From Vulcanimicrobiales bacterium (lineage in GTDB: Bacteria > Vulcanimicrobiota > Vulcanimicrobiia > Vulcanimicrobiales > Vulcanimicrobiaceae), in the NCBI GenBank assembly GCA_038231455.1, contig JBBRLI010000006.1, positions 111,404-175,403 of the forward strand: a DNA stretch of 64,000 nt. The letters run 5' to 3'. Shown one piece after another: positions 9,303 through 18,629 of this stretch. The stretch's first letter is position 1, and every line of letters begins with the position of its first letter. The position numbers were made by a program, and so were the translations under genes. The notes under the pieces were generated by a model. The model was given only the letters and a program-made list of their open reading frames with translations. It was not told the DNA's origin and did not search any database.

Positions 9303-10913
9303 CTACAACGGCCTCGCGGTGGATGAGAGCGGTTTTGGCGCGGGCGCCGGCCAGAGGCGCACGACGATACGGTTCGCTAGCGTGTTGACATACAGGCCGT
9401 TTGCAACGTGGGCATACATCGCGCGCCATCGGGGCGAAGTAAAGCGGCCCGGCACCCAGTTTTGCAAAAACACGATAACGGCAAAGGCCACGATGACCGC
9501 TCCGACCAGGGCGATGTCGAGCGGGCCGCGGGCAGGCGCCGCCGGCACCGCGCCGGCAAGCAGAAATTCCATCGTGTACTGGAGGCCAAAATACGCCGCT
9601 GCGATCGCGATGGCCGTCAGCACGGTCCGGCCGACAACGTAGAAGTTGGGCCGGTTTTCAATGCTGCGCGCGAGCAGGTGGACGATGCTGAGCAGCAGCG
9701 TTGCGCCGAGCGCGAACACGCCCGGCTTTTCGGCGATGTCCGCGCCGAAGAGGCGCCCGACGATCGCGACCGCAGCAATGACCATGATGATGACGAAAAT
9801 CAAACGCCCCGCGTTCGGTTTGCCTTCGGGCTTTGGCGTGTACGAAGCGCGGGAGATGTCGATCACGCTACCCGAGGATAAGAACGCGTGTGCTTTGTAG
9901 CATGAGTGCGCGACGATGTGCAGGAGCGCTGCGGGAAACGCTCCGATTCCGCACTCGAAGAGCATAAATCCCATCTGCGCCACCGTCGAGTACGCGAGTG
10001 TCACCTTGATGGAACTCTGGGTTAGCATCACCACCGAGCCAAAGAGCGCGGTGAAGCCGCCCACGATGACCAGCGTGTCGAGCGCAGGCAGCGAGAGCAC
10101 GATTAAACCGGCAAAGCGCAAGACAAGAAAACCACCGGCATTGATGATGCCGGCGTGCAGCAGCGAAGAAACGGGTGTCGGCGTTTCCATCACTTCGATC
10201 AGCCAACCGTGTGTCGGGAATTGGGCCGAGGTGAGCAGTGCCGCTAGCACCAGCAACATCGCGGCAACCGAGATGCCGCCGGGCACCGTTGCACCGTGCA
10301 ACGCGGCGACGCCGGCGAATACCACACCGTAATCGAGGCTCCCGAAATTGAAGTAGATGAGCACGGCGGCTGCGACGATGCACGTCTCAGCAAGCCGGCT
10401 GACAATAAACTTCTTGCGTCCGGCGAGCACGGCTGCGGGACGGCCGGGATAGAACAAGAGTAATTGCTGCAGGCAGAGCGCCGTCGCGATCCAGGCGAAG
10501 GCGAGCAGCGCTACGTTTCCGGCAATAATTGCGATCAGAATCGAGGCGAGCGTGAGGCAGAGGAATCGCGTGAAACGTACATGCGCCGGATCGCCGTCGA
10601 GGTAGTTCTTGCTGTACAGCGTGACGATGACGCCGACGAAAGCAACGAGGCAATACATCGTGGCGCTAAGCGAGTCGAGGTAGAGTGCCAAGCCGACCCC
10701 ATTCGCACCGAGTGTCTCGGTGTGGAGCGGCCCCTTCGCAACAACCGCGACCGCCGCCGAAACGGCGGTAAGTAGCGCGACGCCGGCGGCCGCAATCGCG
10801 AGCCGATTATACCGTACGGCGGCGCGCAATTTCCGTTCTCCGGGTAGCAGTCCGACCAAGAGCAAACCAATTGGCCCCGCAGCGGCCAGCCACAAGCTAT
10901 TCACCCAAGTCAA
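9303..10913 (-). CDS. dabB: DabB, NuoL/MrpA-like proton-conducting membrane subunit of the DAB pump
   Basis: SAQFPTHGWLIEVMETPTPVSSLLHAGIINAGG, LAYSTVAQMGFM, HIVAHSCYKAHAFL; 3 bp upstream of dabA. Confidence 0.92.
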   Translation of the reverse strand: MTWVNSLWLAAAGPIGLLLVGLLPGERKLRAAVRYNRLAIAAAGVALLTAVSAAVAVVAKGPLHTETLGANGVGLALYLDSLSATMYCLVAFVGVIVTLYSKNYLDGDPAHVRFTRFLCLTLASILIAIIAGNVALLAFAWIATALCLQQLLLFYPGRPAAVLAGRKKFIVSRLAETCIVAAAVLIYFNFGSLDYGVVFAGVAALHGATVPGGISVAAMLLVLAALLTSAQFPTHGWLIEVMETPTPVSSLLHAGIINAGGFLVLRFAGLIVLSLPALDTLVIVGGFTALFGSVVMLTQSSIKVTLAYSTVAQMGFMLFECGIGAFPAALLHIVAHSCYKAHAFLSSGSVIDISRASYTPKPEGKPNAGRLIFVIIMVIAAVAIVGRLFGADIAEKPGVFALGATLLLSIVHLLARSIENRPNFYVVGRTVLTAIAIAAAYFGLQYTMEFLLAGAVPAAPARGPLDIALVGAVIVAFAVIVFLQNWVPGRFTSPRWRAMYAHVANGLYVNTLANRIVVRLWPAPAPKPLSSTARPL

Positions 10914-11032
10914 CGTACGCCACGCCTTTCGTTTAAAACACTCGTGATGGAGTTAATCAAAGCGAGGCCGCCTAAAAGGGAGGCGACGATCACTCGAACG
11001 AGCCCTGCAGGGACTGGACACACGAATCGCAT

Positions 11033-11064
11033 AACATGAACTCTATTGCATGTTTTGATACCAT
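11033..11064. promoter_or_regulatory. Palindromic operator in the dabB/regulator divergent region, plus -10 box of the regulator
   Basis: AACATG(11033-38)-N10-CATGTT(11049-54); TACCAT(11059-64) lies 6 nt before GTG 11071. Confidence 0.55.
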
Positions 11065-11070
11065 AGTCGC

Positions 11071-11379
11071 GTGAGTGTCGTCAAGAAGCGCGCCGTCGGA
11101 TCCGAGGCGCGAACCGGCTGGACGTTTTTGACCAATCACGCGCATGTCTTGATCGCGCTTACGCGCGACCCGTTAGCGCGTGTTCGAGACCTCGCGCTCT
11201 CGGTTGGCATCACCGAGCGAGCGATTTTGCAAATCCTTTCCGACCTCGAAGCGGGCGGCGTGATCGAGCGCCTGCGCGAGGGCCGCCGGAACACCTACCG
11301 GATCAATAAAGAGGTCCGTTTGCGACACCCGCTCGAGTCCAACCACCGAATCGATGAGCTTCTGACGCTCGCGCGATAA
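11071..11379 (+). CDS. Small winged-HTH (MarR/ArsR-like) regulator, WTFLTNHAHVL type
   Basis: WTFLTNHAHVL...RVRDLALSVGITERAILQILSDLEAGGVI...REGRRNTY...LRHPLE; divergent from dabB. Confidence 0.85.
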   Translation: MSVVKKRAVGSEARTGWTFLTNHAHVLIALTRDPLARVRDLALSVGITERAILQILSDLEAGGVIERLREGRRNTYRINKEVRLRHPLESNHRIDELLTLAR

Positions 11380-11566
11380 GCCGCATCGCGAATGGCGAGG
11401 CAAATCCAGAACCGGTTCGCTCACTGATGTAAATCGCGGCTTCGCCATATTCTGATTCAGGCGCAGCACGTCGGTGTCGGCAGCTTCCTGAGTTCATTTG
11501 TCGCGTCGCTCGATGGCGGCTCCGCGGTGGACACAACACTTGCCCTGGGGAGGCCCGAGGGCGTAT

Positions 11567-11601
11567 AGTGGGTGAAAGTGGTGTCTAGTGGGAGCTAGTG
11601 G
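11567..11601 (+). promoter_or_regulatory. MraZ binding site: four AGTGG direct repeats with 10-bp period
   Basis: AGTGG at 11567, 11577, 11587 and 11597, directly upstream of mraZ. Confidence 0.85.
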
Positions 11602-11610
11602 GGATATTTT

Positions 11611-12057
11611 TTGGCCGCCGATCGACCGCTCTTTACCGGGTCAGTCGAACACAGCCTTGACGACAAGGGTCGCCTCGTCGTGCCCGCCCGCTTCCGCGAA
11701 CGCCTCGGCGCCGGCTTCTTCTTAACGATCGCCGAGCCCGACCCGTGCCTCGCCCTCTACCCGGCCCCGACGTGGGCCGAGTTCTGCGCCAAGCTCGAAG
11801 CCGCGCCGACTAAGGACGCGCGCTACCGGAGCTTCGTCCGGCACGTCTTCGCGAATACGGAAGAACTCTCGTGCGATAACCAGGGACGCCTCGTCATCCC
11901 CGGTCATCTGCGTGCCCACGCGAAAATCGAAAAAGACGTTGTCTCCGTTGGTTCGCTCACGCGTATCGAAGTCTGGGGTCGCGAACGCTATAAAGAGCAA
12001 GCCAAGGCTGCGGCGACGGAGTTGTTCGACTTCGCCACCGAGCTTGGGCTGTATTAG
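11611..12057 (+). CDS. mraZ: Division/cell wall cluster repressor MraZ
   Basis: HSLDDKGRLVVPARFR and CDNQGRLVIP (two DxxGR repeats); first gene of dcw. Confidence 0.95.
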   Translation: MAADRPLFTGSVEHSLDDKGRLVVPARFRERLGAGFFLTIAEPDPCLALYPAPTWAEFCAKLEAAPTKDARYRSFVRHVFANTEELSCDNQGRLVIPGHLRAHAKIEKDVVSVGSLTRIEVWGRERYKEQAKAAATELFDFATELGLY

Positions 12058-12060
12058 TGC

Positions 12061-12942
12061 GTGGGGCACGTCTCCGTATTGCCCGCCGAGTCAATCGCGG
12101 CGCTTGCTCTCGTCCCGGACGGCACGTATGTCGATGCGACGTTCGGAGCGGGCGGTCATACGGCGTTGATGCTCGCGGCACTCTCGCCCGCGGGGCGGAT
12201 CGTTGCCTTCGATGCGGATCCCGACGCGCGCGAGCGCGATCTGCGGGACCCGCGCGTGACGCTCGTGCATGCAAACTTTCGCGCGTTGCGCTCGGAATTG
12301 GAAGCGCGTGGGATCTCACAGATCGATGGGATTCTCTACGACTTGGGGACGAGTTCGATGCAACTCGATAGCGCCGATCGCGGCTTCTCGTTTCGCGAAG
12401 ACGCGCCGCTCGATATGCGCATGGATCCGACGCAAGGCGAATCGGTCGCCGAACTTCTTGCCGAGCGCGAAGAAAAAGAAATCGCCGACATCATCTTTGA
12501 ATTCGGCGACGAACGCGCAGCGCGCCGCATCGCGCGCGCGATCGTCCAGAAGCGTACGATTGGCCGCGTGCCGACGACGACGGGAGAACTCGCTTCGCTC
12601 GTCTCGGGCGTCGTGCATCAAGCGGGCAAGCGCGAACGCACGCATCCCGCAACGCGCACCTTTCAGGCGCTCCGTATTGCGGTCAACGACGAACTCGGCG
12701 CGTTACGCGACTCGCTCGATGCAGCGATGGGCGTCGTGAAACCCGATGGTCGGATCGCCGTCATCAGCTTTCACTCCCTCGAAGACCGCATCGTGAAGAC
12801 GACCTTCCGTGACGATCCGCGCGTCGCGCGGGTGACGCGCAAACCGATCGTGCCCACAGGTGAAGAAACCGCCGCCAATCCCCGTTCGCGTAGCGCGAAG
12901 CTCCGCGTTGCCGCCGTTCTTGCTCAGGAGTCCGACGCATGA
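12061..12942 (+). CDS. rsmH: 16S rRNA m4C1402 methyltransferase
   Basis: HVSVL, YVDATFGAGGH, DLGTSSMQLD, HPATRTFQALRIAVNDEL, NPRSRSAKLR. Confidence 0.96.
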   Translation: MGHVSVLPAESIAALALVPDGTYVDATFGAGGHTALMLAALSPAGRIVAFDADPDARERDLRDPRVTLVHANFRALRSELEARGISQIDGILYDLGTSSMQLDSADRGFSFREDAPLDMRMDPTQGESVAELLAEREEKEIADIIFEFGDERAARRIARAIVQKRTIGRVPTTTGELASLVSGVVHQAGKRERTHPATRTFQALRIAVNDELGALRDSLDAAMGVVKPDGRIAVISFHSLEDRIVKTTFRDDPRVARVTRKPIVPTGEETAANPRSRSAKLRVAAVLAQESDA

Positions 12943-13373
12943 TTGCCCCGCAGCGAGTTCCCCAATACGAGATCCCGCGTTCGCGCGAACGCGCAAAACA
13001 GGCTACCCGCCGACGGTCGACGCGCGCCAAAGCGCGTGCGTACGTCGGTCTTGGGCGTATCGCGGTTGCCGTCGGCCTCATCGTCGTTCCGCTCATGGTG
13101 TATGTGATGCTCACGGCGAACCTCACGGGCATGCACTATGCGGTCGCGCGCGCGGAGACGCAGCGTACGACGCTCACGGATGAAACGCAGCGCCTCGACG
13201 ATAAAATTGCGCAGCTCGAATCGCGCGAACGCCTCTCGGCCGTCGCCGCAAAACTCCATATGCACGATCCGCGCGAGTACGCGGTCGTCGCCTTACCGAA
13301 TCCCGCCGCGAAGCCGAAACCCAAAGGCATTGCGTTTCTCGGGAGCATGGGCGACTGGTTCAGTCGGCAGTAG
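12939..13373 (+). CDS. ftsL: Cell division protein FtsL-like
   Basis: Basic N-terminus, single TM, coiled coil ending LESRERLSAVAAKLHM; position between rsmH and PBP. Confidence 0.75.
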   Translation: MIAPQRVPQYEIPRSRERAKQATRRRSTRAKARAYVGLGRIAVAVGLIVVPLMVYVMLTANLTGMHYAVARAETQRTTLTDETQRLDDKIAQLESRERLSAVAAKLHMHDPREYAVVALPNPAAKPKPKGIAFLGSMGDWFSRQ

Positions 13374-15125
13374 GTGGCCGCACGTTCGTTTTCGCGCGTC
13401 GCTCCCGGGCGCGCGAAGATCACGTTCTACGCGATCGTCGGGATCGCGCTTTTTCTTTCTTGGCGGCTCTATGACGTCCAGATCCGTCAAGGTCCGCATT
13501 TAGCGGCGATCGCCCAAAGCCAGCGTTCCGATACGGTCGAACTCTTTGCCAAGCGCGGCACCATCACCGATCGCGAGGGCAACGTGCTCGTGCGCTCGAT
13601 GCCCTCCGAGAGCGTCTCCGCCGTCCCGACGAATATCGTCGATCCGCTCAAGACCGCAACGGAACTCGCGCCGATCCTCGGCATGAAAGCGCACGATATC
13701 GAGCTTGCGCTGCGCGATCGTTCGCAGTTCCGCTGGCTAGCGCGAAAAATCTCGCACGACGTCGCGCTTCGCGTCGCCGCGCTCAATGTTACCGGTATCG
13801 CGATCGTTCGGGAAGAGACGGGCACGCGCTTTACGCCTGCCGGTCATCTCGCATCGACCGTGCTTGGCTTTGTCGGCGTCGATGAATCCGGGCTCGAGGG
13901 GCTCGAGTCGGCATTCGATACGTATCTGAGAGGCACGACCGGAAAGATGAAAATCGAGGCCGATCAGTTCGGCCGTGCGATTCCATTTGCCGAGACGCGG
14001 ATCATCGAAAAAGCGCACCCCGGTCGCCACATCCAACTCGCGCTCGATTCGTACTTGCAGTTCGCAACGGAACGCGCGCTGCGCGACCGCGTGCACGAAT
14101 CGCACGCGCGCAGCGGCACGGCGATCGTCATGGATCCGAACACGGGCGAGATTCTCGCGCTTGCAAACGCGCCCGATTACGAGCCCGCGCACTTCTACCG
14201 CTTTTCGGCCGACGCCAGGCGCGACCGCGCAGTGATGGATGCCTACGAGCCGGGTTCGACGTTTAAATTGATAACGGCGGCCGCCGCGCTCGAGTCGCAC
14301 CATATCGGACCCAATGCCATGTTTCCAGCGCTCGATTCGCTTGAAGTCGGCGGCCGGGTCATTCACAATGCCGAGGACGGCCTGATGGCGGGCGGCGGCG
14401 GAAGCGAATCGCTCGAGCAGATCATCGCGCTCTCGCACAATGTCGGCGCGGCCGAGATCGGCATCGCGACAGGTCCGCGCGATCTTTATAAAACGATCCG
14501 CGCGTTTGGCTTCGGCGACCCCACCAACATCGAACTTCCCGGTGAAAATCCGGGCATCGTGCCGCCGCCCGATCAGTGGAGCGGCAGCTCCACCGCGACG
14601 ATTTCGTTTGGCCATGGGATCTCGACGACGCCGATCGCGCTCGTGCGCGCGTATGCCGCAATCGCCAACGGCGGTTTGCTGCTGCGCCCGCGTATCGTAC
14701 ACGCACTCATCGGTGAAGACGGCGCCCCGTTCTTCACCTACCCAACGGAAATCGAACACCGCGCGATCTCTGTGCAGACCGCGGCGACCTTGCGCCGCTA
14801 TCTCCGGGCCGTCGTCATGCGCGGCACCGGGAAAGACAACGCGCAAATTCCCGGGTATACGACGGCTGGGAAAACCGGCACCGCGCAAGTGGTCGAAAAC
14901 GGACGCTACGAACCGGGCGAATACATCGCCTCGTTTATCGGGTATGTCCCGGCGGAACGTCCGAAGTTCGTGATTTTTGTGAAGATCGAGCGGCCGCGCG
15001 GCGTGTACTACGGCGGCACGGTCGCAGCACCGGTGTTCGCGCAACTCGCGCGCATTGCAATGCTGCATGCGGGCGTCTTGCCGACGGCGGCGGCAAAATC
15101 GCGGCTCGCGGCGAAAGCGCCGTAA
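13374..15125 (+). CDS. ftsI: Class B penicillin-binding protein (FtsI/PBP3)
   Basis: KRGTITDREG, YEPGSTFK (SxxK), SHN (SxN), GKTGTAQ (KTG); no PASTA domains. Confidence 0.92.
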   Translation: MAARSFSRVAPGRAKITFYAIVGIALFLSWRLYDVQIRQGPHLAAIAQSQRSDTVELFAKRGTITDREGNVLVRSMPSESVSAVPTNIVDPLKTATELAPILGMKAHDIELALRDRSQFRWLARKISHDVALRVAALNVTGIAIVREETGTRFTPAGHLASTVLGFVGVDESGLEGLESAFDTYLRGTTGKMKIEADQFGRAIPFAETRIIEKAHPGRHIQLALDSYLQFATERALRDRVHESHARSGTAIVMDPNTGEILALANAPDYEPAHFYRFSADARRDRAVMDAYEPGSTFKLITAAAALESHHIGPNAMFPALDSLEVGGRVIHNAEDGLMAGGGGSESLEQIIALSHNVGAAEIGIATGPRDLYKTIRAFGFGDPTNIELPGENPGIVPPPDQWSGSSTATISFGHGISTTPIALVRAYAAIANGGLLLRPRIVHALIGEDGAPFFTYPTEIEHRAISVQTAATLRRYLRAVVMRGTGKDNAQIPGYTTAGKTGTAQVVENGRYEPGEYIASFIGYVPAERPKFVIFVKIERPRGVYYGGTVAAPVFAQLARIAMLHAGVLPTAAAKSRLAAKAP

Positions 15126-16564
15126 TGCTCGACATGGGGACGCTTGCTGCGTTCGTTCCCGAGGGTCGTCTCGTCGGTTCTCCCGATATCGCCATCTCGG
15201 CGCTGGCGACGGACTCGCGCCGCGTTACGCCGGGAACGGTGTTCGTTGCGCTGCGCGGCGCGCATGTGGATTCGCATGCGTTCGTCGGTCAGGCAATCGA
15301 GCGCGGTGCCGTCGGTGTCGTTCTCGAACAAGAGCAAGCGCTCGCCGTCCCGCAACTGATCGTACCGGATGCAACGCTCGCGCTCTCAACCTTGAGTGCA
15401 AAATTCTTTGGCGATCCCTCGGCGCGCATGCACGTCGTGGGCATTACCGGAACCAACGGCAAGACAACGACGACGCACCTCGTTCGAGCAATTCTCGAGG
15501 CGGCCGGCCGTTCGTGCGGCGTGATCGGAACGCTTGGCGCTTCGCTCGGCGGTCGCGCGTGGTCGCTTGAAAACACGACGCCGCTCGCGCTCGAACTCCA
15601 GGGTCTCCTGGCGACGATGCGCGACGGCGGCGCGTCGGCGGTCGCAATGGAAGTCTCTTCGCACGCGCTCGCGCTGCACCGCGTCGATGACGTGCATTTC
15701 GCCGTCGCGGCATTCACGAATCTCACGCGCGATCATCTCGACTTCCACGCGACGCCCGAAGCCTACGAAGCTGCGAAGCGGCGTTTGTTCGACCTCGCAC
15801 CGATTGCCGTCGTCAACGTCGATGACGCCGCGGGCGTGCGGCTGGCCGAAGACCTGCGCGCGCGCGGCACGCAGACGATTGCGTACGCTATCCGTGCGAA
15901 GAATGCGGATCTCATCGCGCGCGACGTTGTCGTTCGGAGCGAAGGCTCGACCTTCACGCTCGATGACCGTTTCGTGAAACTCTCGCTTCCCGGCCGGTTC
16001 AACGTTGAGAATGCGCTCGCCGCAATCGGCATCGCCGATGCGCTCGGGATCGCGCGTTCGGTTGCGATCGAAGCACTTGCCGATGTCGCTGCGCCGCCTG
16101 GGCGCATGGAACGCATCGCAAGCGACGGCATCGATGTTATCGTCGACTATGCCCATACGCCCGATGCCCTGAGTAACGTGCTGCAAGCCGCACGCGAGGG
16201 CACGCGCGGGCGCCTGGTCGTCGTCTTCGGTTGCGGCGGCGACCGCGATCCGGGCAAGCGCCCGCAAATGGGCGCGATTGCCGCGCGGCTTGCCGATCGC
16301 GCCATCGTGACCTCGGATAATCCACGCAGCGAAAATCCGCAAGCGATCGCCGATGCGATCCTCGTCGGTGGCAAAGGCGAGGTCGAACTCGACCGCGGCG
16401 CGGCGATCCGTCGCGCGATCGCCGATGCGCGTGCGGGCGACGTCGTGGTGATCGCGGGCAAAGGTCATGAAACATACCAGATCATCGGCGATCAGACGCG
16501 TCACTTCGACGATCGAGAAGAAGTGCGCGCCGCGTTGGTCGCACGTTCGGCGGGTGCCGTATGA
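15125..16564 (+). CDS. murE: UDP-MurNAc-dipeptide:meso-DAP ligase
   Basis: GITGTNGKTTT, MEVSSHAL, FTNLTRDHLDFH, VDYAHTPD, DNPR (mDAP-type specificity motif), AGKGHE. Confidence 0.95.
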   Translation: MLDMGTLAAFVPEGRLVGSPDIAISALATDSRRVTPGTVFVALRGAHVDSHAFVGQAIERGAVGVVLEQEQALAVPQLIVPDATLALSTLSAKFFGDPSARMHVVGITGTNGKTTTTHLVRAILEAAGRSCGVIGTLGASLGGRAWSLENTTPLALELQGLLATMRDGGASAVAMEVSSHALALHRVDDVHFAVAAFTNLTRDHLDFHATPEAYEAAKRRLFDLAPIAVVNVDDAAGVRLAEDLRARGTQTIAYAIRAKNADLIARDVVVRSEGSTFTLDDRFVKLSLPGRFNVENALAAIGIADALGIARSVAIEALADVAAPPGRMERIASDGIDVIVDYAHTPDALSNVLQAAREGTRGRLVVVFGCGGDRDPGKRPQMGAIAARLADRAIVTSDNPRSENPQAIADAILVGGKGEVELDRGAAIRRAIADARAGDVVVIAGKGHETYQIIGDQTRHFDDREEVRAALVARSAGAV

Positions 16565-17940
16565 TCGTGCGTTTTGCCGAGGCGATCTCGGCGCTCGATG
16601 CGCGCATTCTTGGCGCCGGCGTGCCGCCGCGTTCACTCGAAATCACGACCGATACGCGCGCCGTCATACCGGGTCAAACATTTCTTGCCTTACGCGGCGA
16701 ACGCTTCAACGGACACGACTTTGTCGCGCAGGCACTGGCCGCGGGCGCTGCCTGCGCGATCGTTTCCGATGCAAGCGTCATCCCGCCCGAGGCGTGTGGT
16801 TTGCTCGTTGCCGACACGCTCGTGGCGTACATGACGCTTGCGGCGCTCGCCCGCGGTCAGCGGCACGGAACGGTGATCGCGATTACCGGCAGCACGGGTA
16901 AGACGACGACGAAGTCGTTCTTGCGCGATCTCATCGCCCGCTGCGGCCACGACGTTCAAGCGACGCCGGAAAATGAAAACAACGAGATCGGTGTGAGCAA
17001 GTTTCTCCTGAGTCTGTCACCGGGCGAAGACGAGTCGGTTGCCATCGTCGAGATGGGTGCGCGTCACGCGGGCGACATCGCGCCGCTGGCACAGATGGCT
17101 CGACCGCACGTCGGTATCCTTACCAATATCGGCGAGGCGCACTTGGAGATTATGGGCTCGCGCGAAGCAATTGCCGAAACGAAGTGGGGCCTCTTCGCAA
17201 GTGGTGCGCGCGCGGTCATCGGCCTTGCCGATGCGGCGTCGCGCGCGCGTGCGGCCAGTCTGCCCCAGGTGCCGCAGTGGTTCGGCATCGACGATGAAAG
17301 CGTCCCGGCAACCGAACATGCCGCAATCGTCAATGGCACGCATGAACTCGTCGTCCACGAACGCGGCAGCACGACGCGCTATCCGATCGACGTGCGCGTA
17401 CCGGGCGATCACAATCGTGCCAACATCGCTGCGGCGATCGCGGGCGCGATCGCGGTCGGCATCGATCCGGCGCAGCTCGCGCCGCATGTTGGCGCACTCG
17501 AACTCCCGCACGGCCGTTACGAGAAATTCATCGCCGGTGATGTGACGATCGTTTTCGATGCGTACAACGCCTCGATGAGCGGTACGCTTGCGACGCTTTC
17601 GGCATTCGCTGCGGAGTCTGCGGAGCGGCGGATCGCGGTCCTCGGCTCGATGGCCGAGCTCGGTCCGGATGCCGCCTCCATGCACGAACTCGTCGGTGAA
17701 GCGGCCGCGCACAGCAACCTCGACGCGCTGATCGTCGGCGGTGCTTTTGCGGATGCGATCGCTCGCGGCGCGCGTCGGAGCGGTTTTTCCTCAGATGCCA
17801 TTCACTCGTACGAAGACAACATCCATGCAGCAAAGCTTCTGCGCGAGCTCGCCCGGCCCGGTGATATCGTGCTGCTTAAAGGCTCCCGGATGTACAAGAT
17901 GGAGCAAATCGCGGAGGCGTTTGGGGTGAGCGTCCGATGA
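16561..17940 (+). CDS. murF: UDP-MurNAc-tripeptide:D-Ala-D-Ala ligase
   Basis: TDTR, LRGERFNGHDF, ITGSTGKTTTK, NNEIG, EMG, DAYNAS, LLKGSR. Confidence 0.94.
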   Translation: MIVRFAEAISALDARILGAGVPPRSLEITTDTRAVIPGQTFLALRGERFNGHDFVAQALAAGAACAIVSDASVIPPEACGLLVADTLVAYMTLAALARGQRHGTVIAITGSTGKTTTKSFLRDLIARCGHDVQATPENENNEIGVSKFLLSLSPGEDESVAIVEMGARHAGDIAPLAQMARPHVGILTNIGEAHLEIMGSREAIAETKWGLFASGARAVIGLADAASRARAASLPQVPQWFGIDDESVPATEHAAIVNGTHELVVHERGSTTRYPIDVRVPGDHNRANIAAAIAGAIAVGIDPAQLAPHVGALELPHGRYEKFIAGDVTIVFDAYNASMSGTLATLSAFAAESAERRIAVLGSMAELGPDAASMHELVGEAAAHSNLDALIVGGAFADAIARGARRSGFSSDAIHSYEDNIHAAKLLRELARPGDIVLLKGSRMYKMEQIAEAFGVSVR

Positions 17941-18629
17941 TGCCGCTGGCCGTTCACGAACCGCCGCTACCCGATGGCCTCGTCGCGATCCCCGTGCGCA
18001 CGCGCCTTGTCGGCGCCGGCGACGATTTGCTCGCACTCGTGCGCGAAGCGCTGCGCGGCATCGCCAAACCCGGCGACGTCGTGGCGATCGCGGAAACCGC
18101 TGTTGCGATCGCCCAGCGCCGCTTCGTGCCTGCCGAATTCGTGCGACCCTCGATGCTTGCATATCAGCTCTCGCGCCGAGCCGGGGCGCTTGCGACCGTG
18201 AGCCAACCGGAATCGCTGCAGATTGTGATCGATCAAGTCGGCACGTGGCGCGTGGTGTACGCCGCCGCCGCGCACGTCGTGGGTCGACTGCTCGGCAAGC
18301 ACGGGATGTTTTATGAAATTCTGGGCGAGGCGATTGCGGCAATCGACGGCTACACCGGCACGCTTCCGCCGTACGAACGCGCGATTGTCTTCGGTCCGCT
18401 CGAACCCGATCGCGTCTGCGCGGAGTTTGCCGCAGCGCTCGACATGGGCGTTGCGATCGTTGATGCCAACGATCTGCGTAAGGCCAAAGCCTTAGGCGTC
18501 TCGCCGAACCTCGTGCGCACGCACGTGGAACTGGCACTGCTCGGCAACCCGCACGGCAATTCCGACGAGCAAACGCCGCTCGTCGTCTTGACGTGGCGCG
18601 GCGCGGGAAAGAATCCGCTCTGCGCATGA
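17937..18629 (+). CDS. Coenzyme F420-0:gamma-glutamyl ligase (CofE)-like amide ligase of unknown substrate
   Basis: IPVRTRLV.AGDDL, GDVVAIAETAVAIAQRR, AIDGYTGTLPPYERAIVFGP, GVAIVDANDL, GNPHGNSDEQTP; ATGA overlaps with both murF and mraY. Confidence 0.75.
   Translation: MMPLAVHEPPLPDGLVAIPVRTRLVGAGDDLLALVREALRGIAKPGDVVAIAETAVAIAQRRFVPAEFVRPSMLAYQLSRRAGALATVSQPESLQIVIDQVGTWRVVYAAAAHVVGRLLGKHGMFYEILGEAIAAIDGYTGTLPPYERAIVFGPLEPDRVCAEFAAALDMGVAIVDANDLRKAKALGVSPNLVRTHVELALLGNPHGNSDEQTPLVVLTWRGAGKNPLCA

Noticed and set aside
9303-10913. NuoL-like gene as part of respiratory complex I or an Mrp antiporter
   Set aside because: No other nuo or mrp subunits nearby, and direct coupling to DUF2309 identifies it as DabB
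11390-11452. Possible structured ncRNA between the wHTH gene and mraZ (ATGGCGAGGC...GCTTCGCCAT stem)
   Set aside because: A single stem with no recognisable family features or promoter/terminator support; may be a terminator-like or chance hairpin
11567-11601. 10-bp periodic AGTGG repeats as a possible CRISPR or iteron array
   Set aside because: Too short, no spacers, and position and period match the known MraZ operator
13737-15068. Long antisense or alternate-frame ORFs (e.g. 13737-15068, 15386-16636, 23537-24748, 38178-39293, 53937-55109)
   Set aside because: Shadow ORFs opposite well-supported genes; expected in GC-rich DNA with strong codon bias, and they carry no recognisable motifs
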